A stretch of DNA of 64,000 nt, taken from positions 1,194 through 65,193 of the forward strand of contig NZ_CALFYO010000018.1 in assembly GCF_937952055.1 (NCBI RefSeq). The letters are read 5' to 3'. A program made the position numbers and the translations under genes. The DNA comes from an uncultured Piscinibacter sp. GTDB lineage: Bacteria > Pseudomonadota > Gammaproteobacteria > Burkholderiales > Burkholderiaceae_C. Within the stretch, counting starts at the first letter, position 1, and each line of letters opens with the position of its first letter. A model generated the notes under the pieces. It worked only from the letters and a program-made list of their open reading frames with translations. It had not been told where the DNA came from and searched no databases. Positions 9,697 to 20,922 of this stretch are shown one piece after another.

Positions 9697-9723
9697 ACGT
9701 CCGACCCGGACGCCTCGTTTTCC
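9697..9723 (-). promoter_or_regulatory. candidate ECF-type promoter (GGAAAAC-N17-CGT) upstream of the sigma gene
   Basis: The minus strand reads GGAAAAC GAGGCGTCCGGGTCGGA CGT, which fits the generic AAC-N16/17-CGT pattern of ECF promoters. The -35 element is imperfect. Confidence 0.25.
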
Positions 9724-9810
9724 TGACCGCGCAGGTACCACACCCGTCTCACGAGGATGCGGAGAGGTGCACCGATGGTTTTTCGTCAGAGAAATTCACA
9801 GAGGTTCTAC

Positions 9811-11586
9811 ATGGACATGTCTGCCGCGGATATCAAGCGTGCCGCTTCGGCACAACCGCAAACTCCCCCCCACGCCGACCCGAACGGATCGGAAATCTTG
9901 GTCCGCAGTCTGCAGGCCGAGGGCGTCAAGTTCCTCTGGGGCTACCCCGGCGGAGCGGTGCTCTACATCTACGACGCGCTGTACAAGCAGAACACCATCG
10001 AGCACGTACTGGTGCGCCACGAGCAGGCGGCCATCCACGCGGCCGATGGCTACGCGCGCGCCACCGGGGAAGTCGGCGTGGCTCTCGTCACCTCGGGACC
10101 GGGCGTCACCAATGCCGTCACCGGCATCGCGACGGCCTACATGGACTCGATCCCGATGGTCATCATCACCGGGCAGGTCCCCACGCCGGCGATCGGCCTC
10201 GACGCCTTCCAGGAGTGCGACACCGTCGGTATCACCCGCCCGATCGTCAAGCACAACTTCCTGGTCAAGGACGTGCGCGACTTGGCGACGACGCTGAAGA
10301 AGGCCTTCCACATCGCCCGCACTGGCCGGCCTGGACCCGTGGTGGTCGACATCCCGAAGGACGTGTCGCTGAAGACCACGCCGTTCCACTATCCGCAGAC
10401 GGTGGAGATGCGCTCGTACAACCCGGTGCGCAAGGGTCACGGGGGGCAGATCCGCAAGGCGGTGCAACTGCTGCTGACGGCCAAGCGGCCCTACATCTAC
10501 ACCGGCGGGGGCGTGATCCTGGGCAATGCCTCGGCGGAACTGCGCGAGCTGGTCGATTTGCTCGGCTACCCGTGCACCAACACACTGATGGGCCTGGGCG
10601 CCTTCCCGGCCGGTGACCCGAAGTTCCTCGGCATGCTGGGCATGCACGGCACCTATGAAGCCAACATGACGATGCAGAACTGCGACGTCCTGCTGGCCGT
10701 GGGCGCGCGCTTCGACGACCGTGTCATCGGTAATCCGGCGCACTTCGCGACGGTGCAGCGCAAGATCGTGCACATCGACATCGACCCGTCGTCGATCTCC
10801 AAGCGCGTCAAGGTCGACATTCCGATCGTCGGCGACGTCAAGGATGTGCTGCAGGAACTGATCGCCCAGATCAAGGAGGCGCAGGCCAAGCCCGACGTGC
10901 AGACGCTGTCGGCCTGGTGGGGTCAGATCAACGAGTGGCGCAAGCGCGAGTGCCTCAAGTACAAGAACAGCAGCGAGGTCATCAAGCCGCAGTACGTGGT
11001 CGACAAGCTCTGGGAGCTGACCAAGGACAGCGACTGCTACATCACATCGGACGTCGGCCAGCACCAGATGTGGGCGGCACAGTACTACCGCTTCGACGAG
11101 CCGCGACGCTGGATCAACTCCGGGGGCCTGGGCACGATGGGTGTGGGACTGCCCTACGCGATGGGCATCAAGCTGGCCAAGCCGGAATCGGACGTGTTCT
11201 GCATCACCGGCGAGGGCTCGATCCAGATGTGCATCCAGGAGCTCTCGACCTGCTCGCAGTACAAGACGCCGGTCAAGATCATCTCGCTGAACAACCGCTA
11301 CTTGGGCATGGTGCGACAGTGGCAGGAACTGGATTACCAGGGCCGCTACTCGCACAGCTACATGGATGCGCTGCCTGACTTCGTCAAGCTCGCCGAGGCG
11401 TATGGCCACGTGGGGCTGAAGATCGAGAAGCCGGGCGACGTCGAGCCGGCGCTGCGCGAGGCCATCCGGTTGAAGGACCGCACGGTGTTCCTCGACGTGC
11501 GCACCGACCCGACCGAGAACGTCTGGCCGATGGTCAAGGCGGGCAAGGGCATCACGGAGATGCTGCTGGGCTCCGAGGACCTGTGA
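9811..11586 (+). CDS. ilvI: acetolactate synthase (acetohydroxy-acid synthase) large subunit, biosynthetic type
   Basis: ThDP enzyme signatures: ..[14 protein letters not shown].., ..[22 protein letters not shown].., ..[15 protein letters not shown].. AGAGG lies 6 nt upstream of ATG 9811. The gene is followed by ilvH and ilvC. Confidence 0.9.
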   Translation: MDMSAADIKRAASAQPQTPPHADPNGSEILVRSLQAEGVKFLWGYPGGAVLYIYDALYKQNTIEHVLVRHEQAAIHAADGYARATGEVGVALVTSGPGVTNAVTGIATAYMDSIPMVIITGQVPTPAIGLDAFQECDTVGITRPIVKHNFLVKDVRDLATTLKKAFHIARTGRPGPVVVDIPKDVSLKTTPFHYPQTVEMRSYNPVRKGHGGQIRKAVQLLLTAKRPYIYTGGGVILGNASAELRELVDLLGYPCTNTLMGLGAFPAGDPKFLGMLGMHGTYEANMTMQNCDVLLAVGARFDDRVIGNPAHFATVQRKIVHIDIDPSSISKRVKVDIPIVGDVKDVLQELIAQIKEAQAKPDVQTLSAWWGQINEWRKRECLKYKNSSEVIKPQYVVDKLWELTKDSDCYITSDVGQHQMWAAQYYRFDEPRRWINSGGLGTMGVGLPYAMGIKLAKPESDVFCITGEGSIQMCIQELSTCSQYKTPVKIISLNNRYLGMVRQWQELDYQGRYSHSYMDALPDFVKLAEAYGHVGLKIEKPGDVEPALREAIRLKDRTVFLDVRTDPTENVWPMVKAGKGITEMLLGSEDL

Positions 11587-11744
11587 TCCGCGAAACGCCG
11601 ACGAGGGTGCGCGTCTGACCGGGCGTGCGCCAGGAGCCGGCGGGACGTGGCGAACGCCTCGGATCGATCGTTCCTGTCAATGAAGAGCGTGGCCAAGGGC
11701 CGTCGGTTACCGCCGCCGGTCTGAAGAGCGCGCTGAACACCACC

Positions 11745-12236
11745 ATGAAACACATCATCGCTTTGCTGCTCGAGAACGAGCCTGGCGCGCTCTCGCGCGT
11801 GGTCGCCTTGTTCTCCGCCCGCGGCTACAACATCGAAAGCCTCACGGTGGCGCCGACGGAAGATCCGTCGCTGTCGCGCATGACCATCGTCACCACCGGC
11901 TCGGACGAGGTGATCGAGCAGATCACCAAGCACTTGAACCGGCTGATCGAGGTCGTCAAGGTCGTCGACCTGACCGAAGGCGCCTACACCGAACGCGAGC
12001 TCATGCTCATCAAGGTGCGCGCCGTCGGCAAGGAGCGGGAGGAGATGAAGCGCATGGCCGACATCTTCCGCGGCCGCATCATCGACGTGACCGAGAAGAG
12101 CTACACCATCGAACTCACCGGCGACGCGAGCAAGCTCGATGCTTTCATCGAGGCCATCGACCGTGCCGCCATCCTCGAAACCGTGCGTACCGGCACCAGC
12201 GGGATCGGTCGCGGCGAGCGCATCCTGCGCGTCTGA
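11745..12236 (+). CDS. ilvH: acetolactate synthase small (regulatory) subunit
   Basis: 163 aa: MKHIIALLLENEPGALSRVVALFSARGYNIESLTVAPTEDPSLSRMTIV.. This is the ACT domain typical of IlvH/IlvN. Confidence 0.9.
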   Translation: MKHIIALLLENEPGALSRVVALFSARGYNIESLTVAPTEDPSLSRMTIVTTGSDEVIEQITKHLNRLIEVVKVVDLTEGAYTERELMLIKVRAVGKEREEMKRMADIFRGRIIDVTEKSYTIELTGDASKLDAFIEAIDRAAILETVRTGTSGIGRGERILRV

Positions 12237-12252
12237 ATCCCGCCCTCACTGA

Positions 12253-13293
<1,041 letters not shown>

Positions 13294-13380
13294 GCGCGCA
13301 CTGATTCCGATCAGTTCCTGCGGGAGGCGTGCGGGCGTTCGCACGGCCCTTCTCATGTCCGCTGGGGTATCCTCGCGGCC

Positions 13381-14205
13381 ATGAGCGACACACCCGACCT
13401 GGCTGGCGACGACGCGGAGCCCCCGCCGCGTCCTCGCCGCAAGGGCATCTACATCCTGCCGAACCTCTTCACGCTGGCGGCGCTGTTCGGGGGCTTCTAT
13501 GCCATCGTGATGGCGATGAACCAGCGTTTCGAGAACGCGGCCATCGGCGTGTTCTGTGCGATGGTCCTCGACAGTCTCGACGGTCGGGTGGCTCGCATGA
13601 CGAACACGCAGAGCGCTTTCGGCGAGCAGATGGACAGCCTGTCGGACATGGTGTCCTTCGGCGCCGCGCCTGCGCTGATCGTCTACGAGTGGGCGCTCAA
13701 GGGGATGGGCAAGCTGGGCTGGATCGCAGCCTTTGTCTACTGTGCGGCCGCTGCGCTGCGCCTGGCGCGCTTCAACGTCAACACCGGGGTGGTCGACAAG
13801 CGCTTCTTCCAGGGGCTGCCCAGCCCCGCCGCGGCAGCCCTGGTGATCGGTTTCATCTGGTTGATGGACGACAGCGGCTACAAGGGATTCCGGGAAGGAC
13901 CGTGGCTCGGCTGGGTGGCGATGGGATTCACGCTGTTCGCCGGGCTGACGATGGTCACCAACGTCCCCTTCTACAGCTTCAAGGACGTGAGCTTCAAGCG
14001 CACCGTGCCGTTCATCGTGATCGTCGCCATCGCGCTCGCCTTCGCCCTGGTCGCCTACCACCCGCCCACCGTGCTGTTCGCGTTGTTCGTCGTTTACGGC
14101 CTGTCCGGCTACGCGATGTACGTGTATCGCAAGGCCAAGGGCAGGCCGGTCAGCGTGATCGCCACCTCGACCGACGAGCCGGACGAGCAGGGTCTGCATC
14201 AATGA
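13381..14205 (+). CDS. pssA: CDP-diacylglycerol--serine O-phosphatidyltransferase
   Basis: CDP-alcohol phosphatidyltransferase motif DSLDGRVARMTNTQSAFGEQMDSLSDMV. Multiple TM segments. Confidence 0.9.
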   Translation: MSDTPDLAGDDAEPPPRPRRKGIYILPNLFTLAALFGGFYAIVMAMNQRFENAAIGVFCAMVLDSLDGRVARMTNTQSAFGEQMDSLSDMVSFGAAPALIVYEWALKGMGKLGWIAAFVYCAAAALRLARFNVNTGVVDKRFFQGLPSPAAAALVIGFIWLMDDSGYKGFREGPWLGWVAMGFTLFAGLTMVTNVPFYSFKDVSFKRTVPFIVIVAIALAFALVAYHPPTVLFALFVVYGLSGYAMYVYRKAKGRPVSVIATSTDEPDEQGLHQ

Positions 14206-14312
14206 ACGGCCTGTGCTACATTGCGCGCATGACGTTCGGTCCTGCGTTCACGCTAGCGCCTCTAGGAGTTTCACGGGCTCGCTGATCGTCCACGTCCCTC
14301 CGTTTCCGATCC

Positions 14313-14353
14313 AACGGCCCGTATGCAACCCGCAGCGGGCCGTTTGTCTTTCT
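14313..14353 (+). terminator. rho-independent terminator or attenuator hairpin between pssA and leuA
   Basis: AACGGCCCG (14313-14321) pairs perfectly with CGGGCCGTT (14336-14344). The tail is TGTCTTTCT. Confidence 0.45.
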
Positions 14354-14396
14354 GATTCGATGCGCGGGTTGCCCAACGTTCACCAACGAGGCACCG

Positions 14397-16085
14397 ATGA
14401 TGTTGAAGCAACCGCAGCACAAGTACCGGGCGTTCAAGCCTGTCGCCCTGGCCGACCGCCGCTGGCCGGATGCCGTGCTGGAGCGCGCGCCGCGCTGGTG
14501 CAGCGTCGACCTGCGCGACGGCAACCAGGCGCTGATCGAGCCGATGGACGCGCAGCGCAAGCTGCGCCTGTTCCAGATGCTGCTGAAGATCGGCTTCAAG
14601 GAGATCGAGGTCGGCTTTCCGTCGGCCTCGCAGACCGACTTCGACTTCGTGCGGCTGCTGATCGAACGCAGCCTGGTGCCCGACGACGTCACCATCCAGG
14701 TGCTGACCCAGGCTCGCGAGCCACTGATCCGGCGCACCTTCGAGGCGCTGCGCGGTGCCCGGCGTGCCATCGTGCATGTCTACAACGCGACCGCGCCGGT
14801 GATGCGCCGTGTCGTGCTCGGCCTGGACGAGGACGGCATCGTCGAACTGGCGGCCATGCATGCACGGCTGATCCGCGAACTGTCGCGCGCACAGCCGGAG
14901 ACTGCCTGGACCTTCGAATACTCGCCGGAGATGTTCTCCGGTACCGAGTTGCCGTTTGCCAAGCGTGTCGTCGATGCGGTCACCGAGGTGTGGCAGGCCT
15001 CGCCGACGCACAAGGTGATCGTCAACCTGCCGTCGACCGTCGAGCACAGCACGCCGAACGTGTTCGCCGACATGATCGAGTGGATGCACCGCCACATCGC
15101 CCGGCGCGAGGGCGTGGTGCTGTCGGTGCATCCGCACAACGACCGCGGCACCGGCACGGCGGCCGGCGAACTGGCGCTGATGGCCGGTGCCGACCGCATC
15201 GAGGGTTGCCTGTTCGGCAACGGCGAGCGCACCGGCAACGTCGACCTGGTCAACATCGCGCTGAACCTGTATACGCAAGGGGTGGCGCCCGGGCTCGACT
15301 TCTCCGACATCGACGAGGTGCGCCGCTGCGTCGAGCACTGCAACCAGCTGCCGGTGCCCCCGCGCCATCCGTACGTCGGCGATCTGGTCTACACCTCGTT
15401 CTCAGGCTCGCACCAGGACGCGATCCGCAAGGCTTTCGCGGCGCGCCGCGGCGACGAGGTCTGGGACATGCCCTACCTGCCTATCGACCCCAAGGACCTG
15501 GGCCGCAGCTACGACGCAGTGATCCGCGTCAACAGCCAGTCGGGCAAGGGCGGCATCGCCTACCTGCTCGAGACCGAGTTCGGGCTCGAACTGCCGCGAC
15601 GCCTGCAGATCGAGTTCAGCCAGGTCGTCCAGGCGGTGACCGACGACAGCGGCAAGGAAGTCGACGCGGCACACATCCGCGCCATCTTCGACCGCGAGTA
15701 CGGCGTCGACCGGCCCGGCGTTTCGCAGGTCGCGGTGCGCGAGGCGGGGCCGGGGCGGGTGACCGTCGAGGCCCGCGTGCAGATCGACGGCGCGGTGCAG
15801 ACCGTGAGCGGCGAGGGCAACGGCCCGATCGATGCCTTCGTCGCCGGGCTGGCCCAGTGCAGCGGCGTCGACCTGCGTGTGCTCGACTATCACGAGCACG
15901 CGGTCGGCGAGGGTGCCGACGCAAGGGCGGTGGCCTACCTCGAGCTGCGCATCGGCGAGCAGACGCTGTTCGGCGTCGGCATGGACCGCAACATCGTCAA
16001 CGCGTCCTTGCAGGCGATCGTGTCGGGCCTGCGGCGTGCCGTCGCGCGCGGCGCGGTTCGCCTGGACCACGCCGTGACCGCCTAA
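14397..16085 (+). CDS. leuA: 2-isopropylmalate synthase, long (actinobacterial-like) type
   Basis: 562 aa: ..[39 protein letters not shown].. (HMGL-like TIM barrel). C-terminal LeuA allosteric domain: ..[14 protein letters not shown].. Confidence 0.85.
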   Translation: MMLKQPQHKYRAFKPVALADRRWPDAVLERAPRWCSVDLRDGNQALIEPMDAQRKLRLFQMLLKIGFKEIEVGFPSASQTDFDFVRLLIERSLVPDDVTIQVLTQAREPLIRRTFEALRGARRAIVHVYNATAPVMRRVVLGLDEDGIVELAAMHARLIRELSRAQPETAWTFEYSPEMFSGTELPFAKRVVDAVTEVWQASPTHKVIVNLPSTVEHSTPNVFADMIEWMHRHIARREGVVLSVHPHNDRGTGTAAGELALMAGADRIEGCLFGNGERTGNVDLVNIALNLYTQGVAPGLDFSDIDEVRRCVEHCNQLPVPPRHPYVGDLVYTSFSGSHQDAIRKAFAARRGDEVWDMPYLPIDPKDLGRSYDAVIRVNSQSGKGGIAYLLETEFGLELPRRLQIEFSQVVQAVTDDSGKEVDAAHIRAIFDREYGVDRPGVSQVAVREAGPGRVTVEARVQIDGAVQTVSGEGNGPIDAFVAGLAQCSGVDLRVLDYHEHAVGEGADARAVAYLELRIGEQTLFGVGMDRNIVNASLQAIVSGLRRAVARGAVRLDHAVTA

Positions 16086-16112
16086 CATTGACGCCAATTA
16101 GAGGAGAGCCCC

Positions 16113-17654
16113 ATGGCCGACAAGCTGATCATCTTCGACACCACCCTGCGCGACGGCGAGCAATCGCCCGGCGCCTCGATGACCAAGGACGAGAAGCTGC
16201 GCATCGCGCGCCAACTCGAGCGGCTGCGGGTGGACGTCATCGAGGCCGGCTTCGCGGCCTCATCCAACGGAGACTTCGAGGCCGTCAAGGCCATCGCCGA
16301 CCACGTGAAGGAGTCGACGGTGTGCTCGCTGGCCCGCGCCAACGACCGCGACATCTCGCGTGCCGCCGAGGCGTTGCGGGGCGCGGCGCGCTCGCGCATC
16401 CATACCTTCATCGCGACCAGTGCACTGCACATGGAAAAGAAGTTGCGCATGACGCCGGAGCAGGTGTACGAGCAGGCCAGGCTCGCCGTTCGCTTCGCCC
16501 GGAATCTGACTGCCGACGTGGAGTTCTCGCCCGAGGATGGATACCGGTCCGATCCCGACTTCCTTTGCCGCGTGCTCGAGGCCGTGATCGCCGAGGGAGC
16601 GACGACGATCAATATCCCCGATACCGTCGGCTATGCGGTCCCGGAGCTGTACGGCAGCTTCATCCGCCAGTTGCGCGAGCGCGTGCCGAACTCCGACAAG
16701 GCGATTTGGTCGGTGCACTGCCACAACGACCTGGGCATGGCGGTGGCCAATTCGCTGGCCGGCGTGAAGCTCGGCGGCGCGCGGCAGGTCGAGTGCACGA
16801 TCAACGGGCTGGGCGAGCGCGCCGGCAACTGTTCGCTGGAAGAGGTCGTGATGTCGGTGAAGACGCGACGCGACTACTTCGGGCTCGAGGTCGGCGTCGA
16901 CACCACGCAGATCGTGCCGGCATCGCGCTTGGTGGCGCAGACGACCGGCTTCGTGGTGCAACCCAACAAGGCGGTGGTCGGCGCCAACGCGTTCGCGCAC
17001 GCCTCGGGCATCCATCAGGACGGCGTGCTGAAGGCGCGCGACACCTACGAGATCATGCGCGCCGAGGACGTCGGTTGGGCCGCCAACAAGATCGTGCTGG
17101 GCAAGCTCTCAGGTCGCAATGCATTCAAGCAGCGTCTGCAGGAACTCGGCATCGAAATGGAGTCGGAGGCCGAGGTCAATGCCGCCTTCGCCAAGTTCAA
17201 GGAACTCGCCGATCGCAAGAGCGACATCTTCGACGAGGACATCGTGGCGCTGGTGATGGACGAGGCCGTCACCGCCGAGAGCGAACACTACCGGCTGCTC
17301 GCTCTGTCGCAGCACTCCGAAATGGGCGAGCGGCCGCATGCGAAGGTGGCGTTCTCCGCCGGCAATGTCGAGATGCACGCCGAGAGCGACGGCAACGGAC
17401 CGGTCGACGCGAGCCTCAAGGCCATCGAGTCGAAGCTTCAGACTGGTGCCGAAATGCTCCTCTATTCAGTCAATGCCATCACCTCCGGCAGCACGGAATC
17501 CCAGGGGGAGGTGACGGTTCGTCTCCAGCACGGGGGGCGCGTGGTCAACGGCGTGGGGGCCGATCCGGACATCGTCGTGGCGTCAGCCAAGGCCTATCTG
17601 GCGGCGTTGAACAAGCTGCACAGCAAGATCGAGCGAGTGGCTGCGCAGGGTTGA
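16113..17654 (+). CDS. leuA: 2-isopropylmalate synthase, classical (E. coli-like) type
   Basis: 513 aa: [24 protein letters not shown].., [16 protein letters not shown].. C-terminal regulatory domain: ..[15 protein letters not shown].. GAGGAGAG Shine-Dalgarno upstream. Confidence 0.9.
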   Translation: MADKLIIFDTTLRDGEQSPGASMTKDEKLRIARQLERLRVDVIEAGFAASSNGDFEAVKAIADHVKESTVCSLARANDRDISRAAEALRGAARSRIHTFIATSALHMEKKLRMTPEQVYEQARLAVRFARNLTADVEFSPEDGYRSDPDFLCRVLEAVIAEGATTINIPDTVGYAVPELYGSFIRQLRERVPNSDKAIWSVHCHNDLGMAVANSLAGVKLGGARQVECTINGLGERAGNCSLEEVVMSVKTRRDYFGLEVGVDTTQIVPASRLVAQTTGFVVQPNKAVVGANAFAHASGIHQDGVLKARDTYEIMRAEDVGWAANKIVLGKLSGRNAFKQRLQELGIEMESEAEVNAAFAKFKELADRKSDIFDEDIVALVMDEAVTAESEHYRLLALSQHSEMGERPHAKVAFSAGNVEMHAESDGNGPVDASLKAIESKLQTGAEMLLYSVNAITSGSTESQGEVTVRLQHGGRVVNGVGADPDIVVASAKAYLAALNKLHSKIERVAAQG

Positions 17655-17781
17655 ACTGCCAATTCGGTCACATTCCTGACAGTCCGAGGACTGACTTTAG
17701 GAAAAACACGTAAGGTCATGATCTTGCGTGATTTTTTCGGATCACGTAGACTTCAGCGAAACCGGAGTCGAGAGGACTGTC

Positions 17782-18792
17782 GTGGGATTGATCAGCAAGG
17801 TTGTGACAACGGCGATCGCAGCCCTGGTGGCGGCGATCACGCTGACCCTGTCGCCACCGGTGGAGGCTGCCCAGAAGCAGGCCCGCAAGAAGATCGCGGC
17901 CACGCAGAAGACGATCAAGGCCCAGAAGCAGCGGCGCAGCAAGCGCGTGGCTCGCGCCGTGCCGGAGCGGCCATCCTTCGGCCAACTTGCCGGGCTGCGC
18001 GCCACCGACGACGCACTCGATCTGAAGTCCAGCGTGGCCCTGGTGATGGACCAGGACACCAACGAGGTTCTCCTGAGCAAGAATCCGGACGCGGTGCTGC
18101 CCATCGCATCCATCACCAAGCTGATGACGGCGCTGGTCGTCGCCGAGGCGAAGCTGCCGCTGGATGAGACGCTGACCATCACTCAGGAAGATGTCGACAC
18201 CGAGAAGGGCAGCCGCTCGCGCCTGCGCGTCGGAACGAAGCTGACCCGCGAAGAGATGCTCCACCTGGCGCTGATGGCGTCCGAGAATCGTGCAGCCCAC
18301 GCGCTGGGGCGCCACTATCCAGGCGGGCTGGGATCCTTCGTTGAGGCGATGAATGCGAAGGCGGCTCTGCTTGGCATGTCCGACACGCACTATGTCGAAC
18401 CGACAGGCTTGTCGAGCAAGAATCAGTCGAGCGCCAAGGATCTGGCCACGCTGGTCAAGGCGGCGCACGAGCATCAGATCATCCGCGACCTGTCGACTTC
18501 GCCGGAGTACAGCGTCGCCGTGGGCAAACGCGAGATGCATTTCCGCACCACCAACGCGCTGGTGCGCAGCCCCACCTGGGAGATCGGTCTGCAGAAGACT
18601 GGCTACATCGCCGAGGCGGGTCGCTGCCTCGTGATGCAGGCAACGCTGGCGGGGCGGCAACTGATCATGGTGTTCCTCGACTCGGCCGGAAAGTACTCGC
18701 GGCTGGGTGACGCGGAACGCGTCCGTCGATGGGTCACCGAACTGGCGCCTTCGGCGCCATCCGCCGCCGGCATCGTCGATCCCGCCACCTGA
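17782..18792 (+). CDS. S11-family D-alanyl-D-alanine endopeptidase/carboxypeptidase (PbpG-like)
   Basis: SxxK (SITKLMT), SxN (SENR) and KTG (QKTGYI) motifs. The preferred start is GTG 17782, preceded by GAGAGGA. The ORF track extends upstream to 17728. Confidence 0.75.
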   Translation: MGLISKVVTTAIAALVAAITLTLSPPVEAAQKQARKKIAATQKTIKAQKQRRSKRVARAVPERPSFGQLAGLRATDDALDLKSSVALVMDQDTNEVLLSKNPDAVLPIASITKLMTALVVAEAKLPLDETLTITQEDVDTEKGSRSRLRVGTKLTREEMLHLALMASENRAAHALGRHYPGGLGSFVEAMNAKAALLGMSDTHYVEPTGLSSKNQSSAKDLATLVKAAHEHQIIRDLSTSPEYSVAVGKREMHFRTTNALVRSPTWEIGLQKTGYIAEAGRCLVMQATLAGRQLIMVFLDSAGKYSRLGDAERVRRWVTELAPSAPSAAGIVDPAT

Positions 18793-18815
18793 GCGTGCGC
18801 AGCGGGGCCTGACGC

Positions 18816-19601
18816 TCAGCTGCGATACCCGAGCGACGCCGAGATCTGCGCCGCGGTTGCCTTCAGCCGCTCCAGCCACGACTCCTCCAGGCGGTCGGCG
18901 GGTGCCGAGATCGACAGGCCCGCGACGAGGTGGCCCTGGTCGTCGCGGATGCCCGCGGCCATGCAGCGCACCCCAAGCTCCAGTTCCTCGTCGTCGCGCG
19001 CGCAGCCCAGTTGATTCACGCGCGCCAGTTCGCGCTCCAGCGCGGGCAGGTCCGTGATGCTGTTGCGGGTGTGGCCGGCCAGGCCGGTGCGCATCGCGTA
19101 TGCACGCACGCGCTGAGGATCATCGTTGGCGAGGAACAGCTTGCCGACGGAGGTGAGGTGCAGCGGCGCACGGCCGCCGATCGCGCGCACCACCTGCATG
19201 CCCGATCGCTCGCTGTAGGCGCGCTCGATGTAGACGATCTCGTCGCCCTGGCGCATCGACAGATTCACCGGCTGGTGCGTCAGCTTGTGCAGTTCGCGCA
19301 TCGGACCGAGCGCGGCGTCCCGCACGTCCAGACGTGCCTTCACCAGATTGCCCAGTTCGAGCAGCCGCATGCCGAGCCGGTAGCTGCCAGCCTCCGGTCG
19401 GTCGACGAAACGGCCGATGGTCAGGTCGTTCAGGATGCGGTGAGCGGTCGACGGGTGGAGGCCGGAGCGCTCTGCGATCACCTTTAGGGAGACCGGGTCG
19501 GGGAAGGAGGCCAGCACCTCCAGCAGGTCGAACGCCCGCTCGAGCACCTGGATCGTGGGCTTCTTGGCTTCGGTCTGTGGCATGCGCGAATTCTCGCTCA
19601 T
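18816..19601 (-). CDS. IclR family transcriptional regulator
   Basis: N-terminal wHTH (IQVLERAFDLLEVLA..VSLKVIAERSGLHPSTAHRILNDL) plus a C-terminal IclR effector domain. 261 aa. Confidence 0.85.
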   Translation of the reverse strand: MSENSRMPQTEAKKPTIQVLERAFDLLEVLASFPDPVSLKVIAERSGLHPSTAHRILNDLTIGRFVDRPEAGSYRLGMRLLELGNLVKARLDVRDAALGPMRELHKLTHQPVNLSMRQGDEIVYIERAYSERSGMQVVRAIGGRAPLHLTSVGKLFLANDDPQRVRAYAMRTGLAGHTRNSITDLPALERELARVNQLGCARDDEELELGVRCMAAGIRDDQGHLVAGLSISAPADRLEESWLERLKATAAQISASLGYRS

Positions 19602-19653
19602 CCCCGGTTGATTTTGTATGGCGAAAGAAGATTGGCCGATCCGGAATGCTGAG

Positions 19654-20922
19654 TCAACTCAACGCAGCGACCGCCTGGACGGCGCTGAGCACAGCTCCCT
19701 CGATGGTCGCCGGGTAGGGGCCATCGACGTGATCGCCGACGGCGAGCAGGCCTGGGGCAATGGTCATGGTTGGCCGAACGAGGCCCGGCACACAGCGGAA
19801 CGTGGCGCGCTTCTCGATGATCTGCAGCTTGAGTACCGGCTCACCGCGCAGTTGTGGGCCGAGAGACCGGCGCGCCTGAGCGAGGGTCGCTGCCAGCGTG
19901 GCCTCGCGGCCGGCATTCACCCAGCGCCGCGCGCCGCTGATGACGAAGGCCAGCAATCCGATGGGACCGCCAAGCTGGCCTCGGTCGAAGACGAACTGGG
20001 CAGGCTCATCCGCGCCACTGCGCAGCGCGATCATGGGTTCGGACAGGCGGGTGATGCCTGCATCGAGGTAGACGGTGATGATCGGCTCGTAGGCGAGGGC
20101 CGAAGCGTTGAGTGACCAAGCCTCGGCGTGCTGCGCCACCAGACGGGCGGCCTCCTCCGGTGGGGTGGCCAGGATGACGGCGTCGAAGCACTCGCCGTCC
20201 ACGCGCCATGAGGTGCCGTCCCGTTCGAGACGCTGCACGCGTGACGACAACCTCGTGTCCGCACCGCGATCTCGCAGCCTGGCCAGCGCGGGCGCGGGGA
20301 ACAAGTCGCCCAGGCTGACGCGAGGCAGCAGCAGGTCGGCGGAACCGGGTCCGCTGAACAACGCGTCGCGCAGCACGCGAAGGAACACGGCGGCGCTTGC
20401 CTCGCATGCGGGCGTGTTCAGCGCTGCGACGCACAGCGGCTCGATCAGGTCGCGTGCCAGTGTCGTGCCCAGGCGGATGGTGAGGGACTCGACGGTCAGC
20501 GACGGCGGGCAGCGAAATCCGTGCAGCGCCCAGCCGGATGCGGCCGCGAGCAGCGCGAGTCGGTCGCGCAGCGTCCAGCCCGCGCGGCGCCATACGCCGG
20601 CCGCGAAGGCCAGCGTCGGCGAGCCCGCCGGCAGATGCAGGCCACGACCATCGGCCTCGGTCAGCCGCAGCGGCGTGCGCAACAGGGCGGTGTCGATGTC
20701 GACGCCGACCTCGCGCATCAAGCGCAGCGTCTGCACGTAGGCGCCGATCAGGATGTGCTGGCCGTTGTCCAGCGCGATGCCTTCGTGGCGGACCTCGCGC
20801 GCGCGGCCACCGGCCTGCGCAGCCATCTCGAAGAGCGTCACCGCGTGACCGGCACGCGTCGCCTCCACGGCCGCAGCCAAGCCGGCCCAGCCCGCGCCGA
20901 TCACCGCCAGCGAGCGCGGCAC
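19654..20922 (-). CDS. hpnE: hydroxysqualene dehydroxylase (squalene-associated FAD-dependent desaturase)
   Basis: N-terminal FAD fold VIGAGWAGLAAAVEATRAGHAVTLFE. Amine-oxidase-like, 422 aa. Lies immediately downstream of hpnC/hpnD. GTG start. Confidence 0.75.
   Translation of the reverse strand: MPRSLAVIGAGWAGLAAAVEATRAGHAVTLFEMAAQAGGRAREVRHEGIALDNGQHILIGAYVQTLRLMREVGVDIDTALLRTPLRLTEADGRGLHLPAGSPTLAFAAGVWRRAGWTLRDRLALLAAASGWALHGFRCPPSLTVESLTIRLGTTLARDLIEPLCVAALNTPACEASAAVFLRVLRDALFSGPGSADLLLPRVSLGDLFPAPALARLRDRGADTRLSSRVQRLERDGTSWRVDGECFDAVILATPPEEAARLVAQHAEAWSLNASALAYEPIITVYLDAGITRLSEPMIALRSGADEPAQFVFDRGQLGGPIGLLAFVISGARRWVNAGREATLAATLAQARRSLGPQLRGEPVLKLQIIEKRATFRCVPGLVRPTMTIAPGLLAVGDHVDGPYPATIEGAVLSAVQAVAALS

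Noticed and set aside
14229-14285. Small ORF MTFGPAFTLAPLGVSRAR as a leucine attenuation leader peptide for leuA.
   Set aside because: Its three Leu codons are scattered with no consecutive run, and there is no Shine-Dalgarno sequence. Nothing distinguishes it from a chance ORF.
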